Source: an uncultured Gammaproteobacteria bacterium (GTDB taxonomy: Bacteria; Patescibacteriota; Patescibacteriia; 2-01-FULL-39-33). From it: a DNA stretch of 64,000 nucleotides. Location of the stretch: positions 217,413 through 281,412 of the forward strand of contig CAZEKG010000001.1 in NCBI GenBank assembly GCA_964512625.1, given 5' to 3'. The notes under the pieces are model-generated. The model saw only the letters and a program-made list of their open reading frames with translations. It did not search any database and had not been told where the DNA came from. Numbering within the stretch: position 1 is the stretch's first letter; each line of letters begins with the position of its first letter. Both the position numbers and the translations under genes were made by a program. Below are positions 48,601 to 57,713 of the stretch, piece after piece.

Positions 48601-50997
48601 AACCCTTGTTCCGTTCATATAAAAGGAGTTACCACTAGTATAGATATGATCAGCATACAAGGCGCCCGAAACCGTCAAGGTTGTCGTTGCTGAATAAGGA
48701 GTTGAGGTTCCGATCGTAGTTATGTTTGGTAAAATAGTCATACCTGATCCGGAAGGCTGAAGAGTAATATTCTGATTCGAACCGCCGGCCGTAAAAGTAA
48801 GAGCGCCGGTTCCAGTAATCGAACCATTATTGCTTCCCGTACCGCCATAAGGCACTCCGACAATCGTACCATTCCAAGTGCCTCCGGAGATAACTGCTCC
48901 GTTAATCGTCCCAGTAACGCTAAGATTGCCGCCGACGCTTAGGTTGGCATAAATAGAGGAGGTACCTGTCGGTCCATTAACGGCCAAGGTACCGCCAATA
49001 ACGGCGCCATTATTCAAAGTCAAAGAACTGAATTGAGGACTGGCACCAGTTCCAATGTTTTGGACAGTATCAAGCTGGCTGCCGCTAACCATTAAATTGC
49101 TAGTATTAAAACTAAGACTTAATTGCCCGGTTGTTGTAGATAGTTGTAATGGACTAACGGTATTAAAAGCCGACCTAGCTCTAACATCAGTAAAATACAA
49201 ATTAGAAACTTCCGGAATATTAGAAGTATTTAAATCGACAGCCCCAGAAAAACCGTTAACAGAAGTAACACTAGCCCCTTGAAGTAACTCAACCCAATCG
49301 CTGGATGAGGTAGCACTGTTTCCCTGGAGAATATAGGTCTTATTAAGGGAAGAAATAACCGCCACATCCCCCTTATTAGCGCTTAAATTAAGCATGGATG
49401 AGGTCGTATTGGTTACGAAAGTATTATTCAAAGGTACGGAGCCGATTTGAGAAGTCGGAATCTTGCCATTAGAATCAAGTGTAGCTAAGCCATTAACTTG
49501 GCCCTTTTGTAGATCTATCCTAGCATCGGCGCGAGCATTCGTATAATAAAGATTTGTTACTCCCTCCCCTATATCATCCGTATCAATAAGAATCGAGCCA
49601 TTAACCGGAAATACGCCATTAACTTCCCTAACCGAAGCCATAGGAGAGGAAAGCTCGATCCAATCTCCAACCTGACTACAGGGTGCCGTTTGCAAAACGA
49701 AAGAAGTGCTACTAGCCGAAATAATGGCCACATCACCTACCGTCAGCGTACTACTTGAAGGTCCGGAACAAAGATTGACCATTTCCTGGGTTGTTGAAAC
49801 GACATAAGTATTACCAATAACGATAGATGACAACTGAGAAAGAGGGATCTTACGATTAGCTCCTAAAGTAGCCAAGCCATTCGCCTCACCTTTCTGAAGT
49901 GAAATCCTACTATCAGCCGCCAAATTAGCTCTCGTATCCGTATAGTATAAATTAGAGCCCTCCGTTAAATTAGAAGTTGATTTTAAAGCAAAATTACTAT
50001 TGAAATTAGAAGTATCTCGAGCATCGGTATAATAAAGGTTCGAGCCTTCCGCTAAATTAGAAGTTGATTTAGTCGCTAAGTCAGCATTAAATAAAGTTGA
50101 AGAATAATATTTATTAGTAGATCCTTGAGCTAGATCGTCTGTCGTTTTTTGACTAAGGAGAGTATTAAAACTACTAGTTGCTCGAGCTGAAGTATAATAA
50201 AGATTCGATCCTTCAGTTAAATTAGAAGTACTCTTAAGAGAAAAATTACTATCAAAATTGGTTCCGAAAGCCCACCAACTCGAGGTCGCATTAAAAGCGT
50301 CATTCCAAGCATTATTAAAACCAACACCAGTTAATGAGCCGTTAATAACTGCCGGCCCGTTAAATGTCGAAGTTGCGGTAACTGTTAATTTACCCTGAGA
50401 AAGAATATCAGCGGTCGTCGTTACGCCGTTTAGCGTCATTCCACCAACAGAATCCATAACCATGATTTGATTAGCAACGGGAGTTGTCGTCGCCTTAAAA
50501 CCGCCCAAAGTTTCCGAGTTAAAAGCGTAAGGCGTAGCCGTCAGCTTTTTCCTCGGCGTAAAAGCTTCCTCAAAAATTCCGTTATTATCCGTATCTAAAT
50601 AAACTTGGAGATAAACGGTGCTATTGGCACTAAAAATATCTTGAGGGAGCGTCGAAGAAGCGCCTAAAGTGGCAGAAAAAATACCGTTACTAACGCTGAC
50701 TGATTGGGTTTCCGACCAGGAACTTATCGGACTACCGCCGGAAGAGGTATTGTAAAGCTCAAACTTAAAGCTTAGGGGCGTAGAAGTTACGGCCTGACCA
50801 AGGGAATTAATTAACTTACCTTGATAGGTTATTTCGCGATTTATATCTCCAGTTAAGGCCTGAGAAATCTTCTTTTGGCCGTAAATACCAATAAACAAAA
50901 GGATAAAAATAAAACTAAAAAACAAGCAAGTAAAATAAAATCTTCCTCTTTTTTGATTAGAATTGTTTTTTTCGGTTTGTTTTAGACTAGAAAGCAT
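45604..50997 (-). CDS. giant (1797 aa) cell-surface fibre-like protein with tandem repeats
   Basis: N-terminal TM anchor. About five tandem copies of ...KSTSNLTEGSNLYYT(D/S)AR... GVPYGGTGS / VANGGTGAST motifs. Ser/Thr/Asn-rich. Pro/Glu-rich C-terminal tail. Confidence 0.7.
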   Translation of the reverse strand: MLSSLKQTEKNNSNQKRGRFYFTCLFFSFIFILLFIGIYGQKKISQALTGDINREITYQGKLINSLGQAVTSTPLSFKFELYNTSSGGSPISSWSETQSVSVSNGIFSATLGASSTLPQDIFSANSTVYLQVYLDTDNNGIFEEAFTPRKKLTATPYAFNSETLGGFKATTTPVANQIMVMDSVGGMTLNGVTTTADILSQGKLTVTATSTFNGPAVINGSLTGVGFNNAWNDAFNATSSWWAFGTNFDSNFSLKSTSNLTEGSNLYYTSARATSSFNTLLSQKTTDDLAQGSTNKYYSSTLFNADLATKSTSNLAEGSNLYYTDARDTSNFNSNFALKSTSNLTEGSNLYYTDTRANLAADSRISLQKGEANGLATLGANRKIPLSQLSSIVIGNTYVVSTTQEMVNLCSGPSSSTLTVGDVAIISASSTSFVLQTAPCSQVGDWIELSSPMASVREVNGVFPVNGSILIDTDDIGEGVTNLYYTNARADARIDLQKGQVNGLATLDSNGKIPTSQIGSVPLNNTFVTNTTSSMLNLSANKGDVAVISSLNKTYILQGNSATSSSDWVELLQGASVTSVNGFSGAVDLNTSNIPEVSNLYFTDVRARSAFNTVSPLQLSTTTGQLSLSFNTSNLMVSGSQLDTVQNIGTGASPQFSSLTLNNGAVIGGTLAVNGPTGTSSIYANLSVGGNLSVTGTINGAVISGGTWNGTIVGVPYGGTGSNNGSITGTGALTFTAGGSNQNITLQPSGSGMTILPNITTIGTSTPYSATTTLTVSGALYADHIYTSGNSFYMNGTRVITSDATNLNFYADTGQNLKLNTINGALQLFNTGSGGINMNSSSTLTMTGGTNLTMETVGNSHGLTIQTNGNGSSIGINANGTNSNVDLSATQAISLTAPSINLTGTVSAMTLGSLQVTNATTSGNLVVSGNISGTWIGGVIGVAYGGTGSSTAAGARTNLGLGSLAVLNTINNSNWSGTVLSVANGGTGASTLTGVVKGNGTGAFTAMTGVAGYVARWSDANTLSTGVLYDNGTNVGIGTTTPSKLFTVGSANNFTIDTSGNVTTTGNLAVGAAAGGDSVMEFRKSGVLKWSIGNDVSASDYFTIATSSLGTGNVMTISSAGYLGVGTGTNAPLVKLSLGTDVTAKKLAVYDGTSDFYGFGVRTGYLDFFANDSNKMTIASTGNVGIGLTAPSGKLDVNGAGGLIVAGKNMDPTAGYSLVPLQSSGKLLTGWNYSGGEGEIDLVSNRAGGNIGGFRLYDYTNAGVMNNLMTIQGGGNVGIGTTTPGNRLHVAGEARIDTRVILPASNKSNLWNIDANGGLLRIFKEDYAATGGGSNRVVAMYVSTTKVAIATSTLTHGLTIGSQQTGYGLYVDTTSTASIGIWSRGKVYTAGGVVSNSSDIAEWIKYIGQKPEEGDVLIAAGEEKVTLSSKSYDSRVLGAVTTDPGVVMSAENAGDDAVRIGLAGRIPVKVSGENGSIKAGDLLTTSDTLGHAMKATARSVGIIGVALEDFNGSTGKIMMLIRNSSSLENEVSANSSSGSASTSSSTSSSGKREVLYSFTFKESQEFNAPITVTADASFARITVNQEADFVGSITVIGEANFTSKVVFKDQVYFNRDMAGIVKLLAGATSTEVNFSKEYLWIPIITATPRNDIKPSTYWISEESKTGFRLNIDPIFSSDIEFGWHALAVDGFNYASSSDQSNVGEVIGGENNNNSIDVSSGNSTESGNNNEVSVSSSTEASSSMPEETVSSSTDPEVEPPALETPSEPIVEEPTVSVETPADNSTVIVETPPEEGLTP

Positions 50998-51335
50998 GAA
51001 AAGTCTCTTGTTCCGAATTTATTTTTTAATAAAAACCCCCGATTTTAGGCCAACAAAAACAGTTTTTAAAAACTTTTAGTCTGAAATTTATTTTCAGCTA
51101 AATTTTCGCCAACCTTCCATCGATTGTCTATATTATTATAACATTATTAAGCTATTCCTTTCAAGAGATAAGAAGAAAATAAAAAAACGCTTTAACAGCG
51201 TCTATAAAAACTCATAATTAGCTGACTTTACTGCTTTTTTTATAAAAAATTTTCTTTAATTAAAAATTTAGAATGTGTTACTATATCAAACCTGTGGAAA
51301 AAAACTTGACCGGCTTTTTTTCGTCAAGTTTTTTT

Positions 51336-52568
51336 TTAATCTAATTTAAGAGTACCGCCATCTATTTTTACAGTTCCGCCATCGATCAACGCTTTAGTCG
51401 GGGTAATTTCTGAATAAATAACTGTGAGGTAGGGCTGATAGCCCATGCCAGCTTCCGAGAGATGAATTCGAATATCACTACCAAATATTGGCGTTGCCTG
51501 AACATTTTCTAAATCATGACCCTCTCTTAGACCTAAACAAGTTACTCCCGTAGTATTATTTGCTGTTCCACAAGAAGACGCTTCTCCATTTCTTTTAATC
51601 CACCCCTTACCGATATTATTTAAAGAGAAATGTATAAATCCTGAACCCATACTATCAATATCCGTAAGGCTAATGGGCGTAGCTCCAACAGTGTTCGTAA
51701 AATTATCATAATTATCATAACTCCAAGCCGAGATACTGGATTGGGAACTTTCAACTACATTAATGTAATTTTTACCATCAGCGGAACCGTCATAAACACT
51801 ATTGACATAAACAACTAGCGTTGCGGAAATAATATTCGCCCCGCTACGAATAGAAGAGGTATCGAAAGGTAAGAAAGTTCTATAAATCGCAAAAGTACTA
51901 TCCATAGCATTATAGTTAATCCCACTATAAGCATCAACTAATTCCATAGAGCCGCAATTTCCCGTAGTCGCGTTATGAGTAGTCGCCCAAGATGTTGACC
52001 CGCCATAACATATCCAGCCATCACCCGATCCAGAAAAAAAATAAGAAGTCAAATCAGCTAAAGCTTTTTTTCCGAAAAACTCCTTAACCCGATCAAGAAC
52101 CGTCAGCTTAACTTGCCTTTTAAAAGAGACGGCTGTTGTCGTTGCGGCTTCAATCTTATACCATTTATTCCCAACTCGCTCAAAGGACTTTCCGGAAAAG
52201 AAACGGGCAACATACTTTTCTTCCTGGAATTTTTTATTTATCGGCTTGACTGATTCAAGAAAAGTCATAGAGCTTTCCGTTCTCTTACTTAAATCTTCCT
52301 TAAGACCATTATAAAGCATAGGGGGAACTTCCTGATTAGAGATATAGCTATATCTTACAATACTTTCTTCTTCCTTTCCCGGCCGGCCTAAAACTTTATA
52401 ATCAATAATTTTTTCCTTCGGTGCTTTTAATAACTCGTCGCCGCTTAGCGACTCAACCGCTTTTTGCTTTTGATAGAAATCAATACTAAAAATAACGATC
52501 CCGACCACAAAAATTAAAGCCAGTACGGCTAATAATATTTTTTTAGAGTTTGAATTTATTATCTTCAT
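51336..52568 (-). CDS. membrane-anchored hypothetical protein (410 aa), extracytoplasmic
   Basis: N-terminal TM segment; no motif. Co-directional with, and immediately downstream of, the giant protein gene. Confidence 0.5.
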   Translation of the reverse strand: MKIINSNSKKILLAVLALIFVVGIVIFSIDFYQKQKAVESLSGDELLKAPKEKIIDYKVLGRPGKEEESIVRYSYISNQEVPPMLYNGLKEDLSKRTESSMTFLESVKPINKKFQEEKYVARFFSGKSFERVGNKWYKIEAATTTAVSFKRQVKLTVLDRVKEFFGKKALADLTSYFFSGSGDGWICYGGSTSWATTHNATTGNCGSMELVDAYSGINYNAMDSTFAIYRTFLPFDTSSIRSGANIISATLVVYVNSVYDGSADGKNYINVVESSQSSISAWSYDNYDNFTNTVGATPISLTDIDSMGSGFIHFSLNNIGKGWIKRNGEASSCGTANNTTGVTCLGLREGHDLENVQATPIFGSDIRIHLSEAGMGYQPYLTVIYSEITPTKALIDGGTVKIDGGTLKLD

Positions 52569-52572
52569 TTTA

Positions 52573-53247
52573 TTATTTTAAGGATTCGCTTTCCCCGGCC
52601 ACTTCTCCATTTCTTAAAAATAAAGCGCCTCTAATCTTATCAGTCAATAATTCATCATTGATCTTTCCATTAGAAAACTTCTCTAATACTAAGGAAGTTC
52701 CGCGATTAAGACCTGATTGGAAGTCAATCGAAGCTGTTTTTATCATCTCTCCTTCAATAATAATAGTTTTTCCGATATCTCTGCCCAAGGATAAGCCGAT
52801 ACCTAAGATAGCTACTGTCGCGATTCCCGCCAAGAAAGAAAATTGGTAATCCCTCCCCTTTTTCTCCGGCCGAGCCTTAATCTTATTTTTTATAATCTTG
52901 TCCTTAACGATTTTTTTGTTACCTGATCGGCTTTTAAAAGCAACCGACTTAACTTTACTATCGGAAAAAACATGATGATTTAGGTGATGATCATCCGACT
53001 TCCGAGCTATTTCCAATTCATCATCCAATCCCTTCTTAAATTTATTAAGATAGTCCTTAAACCAAGCCTCGTTTGTCAGCCAATGGCCGTCATACTTAAA
53101 AGCCTTTAAAGAACCGGCGCCTATCAAGCGCATTAAATGAGCTTCGCTGAAACCGAACTTAACCGAAGCCTCTTTTAATGTTAGGCAACCAGGAAAATAA
53201 GCGTCTAAATCGACTAGATTGTCCTTTTTTAAAACTTTTCTTTTCAT
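52573..53247 (-). CDS. membrane-anchored protein with N-terminal excisionase/MerR-like HTH
   Basis: LTLKEASVKFGFSEAHLMRLIGAGSLKAFKYDGHWL resembles Xis-type HTH. One TM segment at about residue 150. Confidence 0.45.
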   Translation of the reverse strand: MKRKVLKKDNLVDLDAYFPGCLTLKEASVKFGFSEAHLMRLIGAGSLKAFKYDGHWLTNEAWFKDYLNKFKKGLDDELEIARKSDDHHLNHHVFSDSKVKSVAFKSRSGNKKIVKDKIIKNKIKARPEKKGRDYQFSFLAGIATVAILGIGLSLGRDIGKTIIIEGEMIKTASIDFQSGLNRGTSLVLEKFSNGKINDELLTDKIRGALFLRNGEVAGESESLK

Positions 53248-53344
53248 AAGGCTATTATAACATAAATAAGACTATCTAATCGAGTCTTAAAAAATAAAAT
53301 TCCCACACCAACAGGAATGGGAATCTTAGATTTTTTTTAAAAAC

Positions 53345-53902
53345 CTATTTAGTAGCGGCCGTAGAAGAAGCCTTCTGTTGTTTTAAATAGCTATTGATTG
53401 CCTGAACGACCTTAGAATCTAATCTCAATTTTTCAGTCAATAAAACCTGGGCTCGGTTTATAACCATATTATCCGTCGGGCCATGAAGCTCGTTACCAAG
53501 TTTAATTAAAGTCAACTGCTGCTCTTGATTAGCCGCATCAGTAGTCGCTGCTTCTTGAGTCCTTTGAAGTGGCTTAGTTACAACTTGAAGATAATAAATA
53601 TCCCTTAGGATTATATTATTATCGTCCTGAGACTTTATCTTGCCAAAATAAACCTGGCCATTTGTTAAGAAAACCGCTTGCCAACCGCTGTAATCCTGAC
53701 CTTTGGCCTTAGCCATCATCTCCGATCCGTATTGGTTGTAAGCGAATAAAACGCCTCCGATAACAACTATTAACACAATGATTCCAACCAGCCAGCCCAT
53801 CATTCCCTTACCTTTTCCGCTTCTTCTCGGTTCTGATTGATCCACTTCTTGATCATCGAATGACATTTCTGACATTGGTGATTCTCTCCTTTTATAAACC
53901 AT
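53345..53902 (-). CDS. membrane-anchored hypothetical protein
   Basis: Single TM (WLVGIIVLIVVIGGVLFAY); no motif. Confidence 0.45.
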   Translation of the reverse strand: MVYKRRESPMSEMSFDDQEVDQSEPRRSGKGKGMMGWLVGIIVLIVVIGGVLFAYNQYGSEMMAKAKGQDYSGWQAVFLTNGQVYFGKIKSQDDNNIILRDIYYLQVVTKPLQRTQEAATTDAANQEQQLTLIKLGNELHGPTDNMVINRAQVLLTEKLRLDSKVVQAINSYLKQQKASSTAATK

Positions 53903-53982
53903 GTTATTGTCTCCTTCTTGTTTAGGCAGGACGATTACTCGGCCTACTGTTATTTTTATTAATATTTTAATTTTTTTTAAGC

Positions 53983-55029
53983 TTAATTTTTCTCACTATC
54001 ATTATTCATAAAATCACCGATAAAAACCGACATGGCTGTCGCAACCGGAACTGCCATCAAGACCCCGAGAATCCCGGCAATTTTCGCGCCTATCAAGATC
54101 GCGATAATAACAACAACCGGACTTAAGCCTACTGCTTTTTGCATAACCTTAGGCACTATCAAATGATTCTCTGCCTGTTGGATAATTATATATAAGCCGA
54201 TAACCCAAAGGGCTAAGGTTGGATCCTGAGTAAAAGCGATAAAAACGGCTGGCAAGGCGCCGATAAACGGCCCGAGATAAGGAATCAATTCCGTAATGCC
54301 GGCAAACAAGGCGAGGACTAAGGCATACTTAACGCCAAGAATACTTAAACCTATCCAGCTCATTAAAAAAATAATCAGCGAAAGAACTAACTGCCCTCTT
54401 AACCACCAACCGATCTTCGTTTGGATTCTATTGATAAGATTAGTAACATAAGGCTGATAGCTTACCGGAACAACAGACCTGACCGTTCTTTTCATTGATT
54501 GCTCATCGGCCGCTAAATAGAAAGCCATGACAATAATAATAAAGAAAGAAACGATACCACCGAAGAAAGAGCCGACGATATTGAAAAGACCTCCCGCCAT
54601 TCCACCTAAACTCGATTCAATAGCATTAAGGGTTTCTTGGATATTCTTATCGAGGCCAAGATTACTTGAATAGCTTTGGAAGTTAGCAAATATTCCGGAA
54701 GCCTTATTCCAATAAGCGGGAAAGTTCTTCGCTAAGTCAGAAGTTTCTAAAAAGATCGGCGGAATAATTAAATAAATCGATAAGGCTAGAATGGAAAAAA
54801 TTCCGAGATAAATAAATAACAAGCCGGCCGAACGAGGAATCTTATATTTTTGCATCCAATCAACAGCGGGATCGAGCGCCGCAGAGATAAGCAGCGCGAC
54901 AAAAATAAGCAGCAAGATGTCCTTAATGAAGAAAAGAAAAAAGACAACTAAGATAATCAAAAGAACTTTAATCAAAGTTAAAGTTGAGATATCGATCAAT
55001 AATTTCTTATCCTGTTTTTTTTGCATCAC
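53983..55029 (-). CDS. AI-2E family transporter (PerM/YhhT-like)
   Basis: Eight TM helices. C-terminal ...GLSPVVVIIAILIGAKIAGILGVLMAVPVA. Confidence 0.75.
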   Translation of the reverse strand: MMQKKQDKKLLIDISTLTLIKVLLIILVVFFLFFIKDILLLIFVALLISAALDPAVDWMQKYKIPRSAGLLFIYLGIFSILALSIYLIIPPIFLETSDLAKNFPAYWNKASGIFANFQSYSSNLGLDKNIQETLNAIESSLGGMAGGLFNIVGSFFGGIVSFFIIIVMAFYLAADEQSMKRTVRSVVPVSYQPYVTNLINRIQTKIGWWLRGQLVLSLIIFLMSWIGLSILGVKYALVLALFAGITELIPYLGPFIGALPAVFIAFTQDPTLALWVIGLYIIIQQAENHLIVPKVMQKAVGLSPVVVIIAILIGAKIAGILGVLMAVPVATAMSVFIGDFMNNDSEKN

Positions 55030-55199
55030 CTTCCGTTATTTAGTTTAATTATACAATGGAATCAAAAGCAGGGTCAAGGGGAAAATATAAATTATGTAAC
55101 TAGTAATTGGAAACTGGTAACTAGAAATTAATTATTTATTTGCAAGTTGCATCACTCGCATCTCTTCCATTACTGCCCCACTTCTGCTAATCTTAAAAT

Positions 55200-55652
55200 A
55201 TGAAAACGATTACCATAAACAAGGAAGGGCTTTATAACTACGAAGTCCTCGAAAAATACGAGGCCGGAATAGTCTTGACCGGACCGGAAGTCAAGTCAGT
55301 TAAGCTCGGGCAAATAAGCCTTAGAGGCGCCTACATCAGACTTGATAAGAATAATGAAGCTTGGCTGATAGGATCTCATATATTACCCTACAAACCAGCT
55401 AAAAACGCCCAAATCAACTATAATCCTGATCAACATCGGAAGCTACTTTTAAGGCGAAAAGAGCTAGACTCACTTCTAGGCAAGAGCAAACAGAAGAACT
55501 TGACAATTATACCGACTTCTGTATATAATAAGAGAGGATTGATAAAGATAGAGCTGGCTTTAGCTAAAGGCAAAAGCAAGATTGATAAGCGCGAAACGAT
55601 TAAAAAACGGGAAAGCGCTCGAGAAATCAAGCGAGTCTTAAGACAAAAATAG
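55200..55652 (+). CDS. smpB: SsrA-binding protein
   Basis: ITINKEGLYNYEVLEKYEAGIVLTGPEVKSVK. Confidence 0.9.
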   Translation: MKTITINKEGLYNYEVLEKYEAGIVLTGPEVKSVKLGQISLRGAYIRLDKNNEAWLIGSHILPYKPAKNAQINYNPDQHRKLLLRRKELDSLLGKSKQKNLTIIPTSVYNKRGLIKIELALAKGKSKIDKRETIKKRESAREIKRVLRQK

Positions 55653-55679
55653 GCTCTATTATGCAGTAAATTACAATTT

Positions 55680-56068
55680 GGGGATGCTTTGACTCGATAG
55701 GAGTTTCAAAGTTCCAAGAAGGCAAGCCGAGCTTGATGGCTGACTCGTTAAACCGGTCATCAAAACATAAGTGTAAAAACCACTTTGGCTAAAGTTGCTT
55801 CCGCTTTCCGCGGAATGGCTTTTGCCCCAGTTATGGCCTAAAAGGCATCATAACCATCGCCCTGCCAACGCCTGATACGCAGTCAGCGGTGTTATATTAT
55901 CGGGCTGGACACAAACCTTCTTAGTAGTTGGTGTCGAGAACCTTACCTAAGTAAGTCCTCGGCCGTTTTTTTCTTTTTTAAGGCCGCGGTCTGATTTAAA
56001 AAGAAGAAAAGCTTGTAAACCGACTTGGATCTTGCTTCTAGACAGGGGTTCATCGCCCCTCATCTCCA
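55680..56068 (+). ncRNA. ssrA: tmRNA (transfer-messenger RNA)
   Basis: Immediately 3' of smpB. The 5' GGGGAUG pairs with 3' CAUCUCC-A; T-arm-like AGGGG-UUCAUCG-CCCCU; ~389 nt. Candidate tag ORF ...AKVASAFRGMAFAPVMA*, frame not verified. Confidence 0.6.
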
Positions 56069-56119
56069 CAAAAGCTAATCATCTTAAGCTTCCATCAAAA
56101 AATTCCATAACAAAAACTA

Positions 56120-56677
56120 ATGCGAAGATCCTTTAGAGGAAAAAACCACAATCAGAACGAAATCAAGGAATTCAAGGTAAACGAAAGAATTAATTCCCCC
56201 GAGCTTGTCGTCATCGACGAGAATGGAGTTAACCTCGGGATTTTAACCCGTCTTCAAGCCCTCGAAGAAGCTCGCTCCCGAGAACTCGATTTAATCGAAG
56301 TCTCGCCGAAAGCTGTTCCGCCGATTGCGAAGTTCATGGATTACGGCTCCTACAAATATCAGAAAGAAAAATCCGAAAGAAAGCAAAAAGCTAAGACTAA
56401 AACTATCAGCGTCAAGACGATCAAGATCTCCACTCGCATCAGTCAGCATGATGTCGATGTAAGAGTCAAACAGGCTCTAGGCTTCCTTGAGGACGGCGAT
56501 AAAGTCAGGATAGAACTCCAGCTAAGAGGCCGAGAAAACCAACATGGCGACTTAGCCGAACAAAGTATTAAGCGGACTATGGAAGAGATAAAAGAAAAAC
56601 TAGGAAATAAAATTTTAAAAATAGAACAGGATATTAATCGGCAAGGGGGTAAATTCTCTGCTACGATTAGCCTTTAA
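56120..56677 (+). CDS. infC: translation initiation factor IF-3
   Basis: INSPELVVIDENGVNLGILTRLQALEEARSRELDLIEV. The true start may be a non-ATG codon upstream. Confidence 0.9.
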   Translation: MRRSFRGKNHNQNEIKEFKVNERINSPELVVIDENGVNLGILTRLQALEEARSRELDLIEVSPKAVPPIAKFMDYGSYKYQKEKSERKQKAKTKTISVKTIKISTRISQHDVDVRVKQALGFLEDGDKVRIELQLRGRENQHGDLAEQSIKRTMEEIKEKLGNKILKIEQDINRQGGKFSATISL

Positions 56678-56690
56678 AGAAAGAAAATAT

Positions 56691-56900
56691 ATGCCAAAAA
56701 TCAAAACCAGAAAAGCTTTCGTCAAGAGATTCGTTATCACCAAAAACAAGAAGGTTTTAAAAAGAACTGCTGGTAAGAATCATTTCAATGCCAGGGAAGA
56801 CGGAGCTACCGGACGAAGCAAGAAAAGAGATAATCAAATCTCCAAAGCCGATCGCAAGAATATCTTAGTGGCTATCACTAACTTCAAAAAGAAAAAGTAA
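56691..56900 (+). CDS. rpmI: 50S ribosomal protein L35
   Basis: MPKIKTRKAFVKRF... Confidence 0.9.
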   Translation: MPKIKTRKAFVKRFVITKNKKVLKRTAGKNHFNAREDGATGRSKKRDNQISKADRKNILVAITNFKKKK

Positions 56901-56937
56901 AGTAAGAACTGAAAAAATAATTTAAAGCAAGAAAAAT

Positions 56938-57282
56938 ATGCCAAGAGTAAAACGAGGTGTTATCCACTCAAAATCAAGAAAGAACTTATTGAAGCAAGCT
57001 AAAGGCTTCATGTGGGGAAGAAAAAAATTAATCAAACTAGCTACTACTGCCGTTACTAAAGCCGGCGCTTACGCTTACAGAGATCGAAGGACGAAGAAAC
57101 GAGATGCTCGCGCCCTTTGGCAGATAAGACTTAACGCCGCCGCTAGAGAGCACGGTCTAAGTTACAGCAAGTTCATCGCCGGCATCAAGAAATCCAGCAT
57201 CGAACTCGACCGAAAAGTTATGTCAGAAATCGCAAGAAAATACCCGACTATCTTCGCTAAAATCGTAGAAAAAGCTAAATAG
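56938..57282 (+). CDS. rplT: 50S ribosomal protein L20
   Basis: MPRVKRGVIHSKSRKNLLKQAKGF... Confidence 0.95.
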   Translation: MPRVKRGVIHSKSRKNLLKQAKGFMWGRKKLIKLATTAVTKAGAYAYRDRRTKKRDARALWQIRLNAAAREHGLSYSKFIAGIKKSSIELDRKVMSEIARKYPTIFAKIVEKAK

Positions 57283-57296
57283 ATTCTTACTCGAAA

Positions 57297-57326
57297 CTCC
57301 CGCTTCACGGCGGGGGTTTTGTTTTT
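57297..57326 (+). terminator. rho-independent terminator after the infC-rpmI-rplT operon
   Basis: cccgcttcacggcggggg followed by ttttgttttt. Confidence 0.7.
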
Positions 57327-57336
57327 CTCTTTGAAA

Positions 57337-57365
57337 TTGACTATTACAATATAGTGCCATATAAT
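57337..57365 (+). promoter_or_regulatory. perfect consensus sigma70-type promoter (TTGACT-N17-TATAAT)
   Basis: Direct read: ttgact attacaatatagtgcca tataat, 44 nt upstream of the XRE gene's ATG. Confidence 0.6.
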
Positions 57366-57408
57366 AATCTAGGTCATATAGAACATTCAATCAAGGAGAA
57401 GAAGAATA

Positions 57409-57657
57409 ATGGGAATAAAACCCGTCGCAGTGGGAGCTTCGGCTTCCATCGTTAAATGCCTTAAGCAGTTAGCCAAAGACAAGAAATTGACCCAAGCCGT
57501 AATGGCTAAAAGATCAGGCCTTCGACAGCCTACGATCAGCAACATGTTTACAGGAAAAACAATCCCTAATCTCGACACTTTTCTAAGTCTATGTCGGGCT
57601 ATAGGCCTCAAACCTTCGGAGGTTTGCGAGCTAGCAGAGAAGAAAACTAGAACCTAA
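57409..57657 (+). CDS. XRE-family helix-turn-helix transcriptional regulator (82 aa)
   Basis: LTQAVMAKRSGLRQPTISNMFTGKTIPNLDTFLSLCRAIGLKPSEV. Confidence 0.75.
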   Translation: MGIKPVAVGASASIVKCLKQLAKDKKLTQAVMAKRSGLRQPTISNMFTGKTIPNLDTFLSLCRAIGLKPSEVCELAEKKTRT

Positions 57658-57713
57658 GCGGGAAACCAAGATCGGCGACCCGCTCTTTTAATTCAAAAAT
57701 AAAAAGTCGGGTA

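Noticed and set aside
48900-50300. Intramolecular-chaperone (S74-like) or tail-fibre identity for the giant protein, based on SSDIAEWIK and GGTGS motifs
   Set aside because: The motif resemblance is short and internal rather than C-terminal. There is insufficient evidence without profile or structure searches, so I kept the call as a generic surface fibre protein.
57387-57611. 74-aa minus-strand ORF
   Set aside because: Antisense to the XRE HTH gene, which has a clear HTH motif and a consensus promoter.
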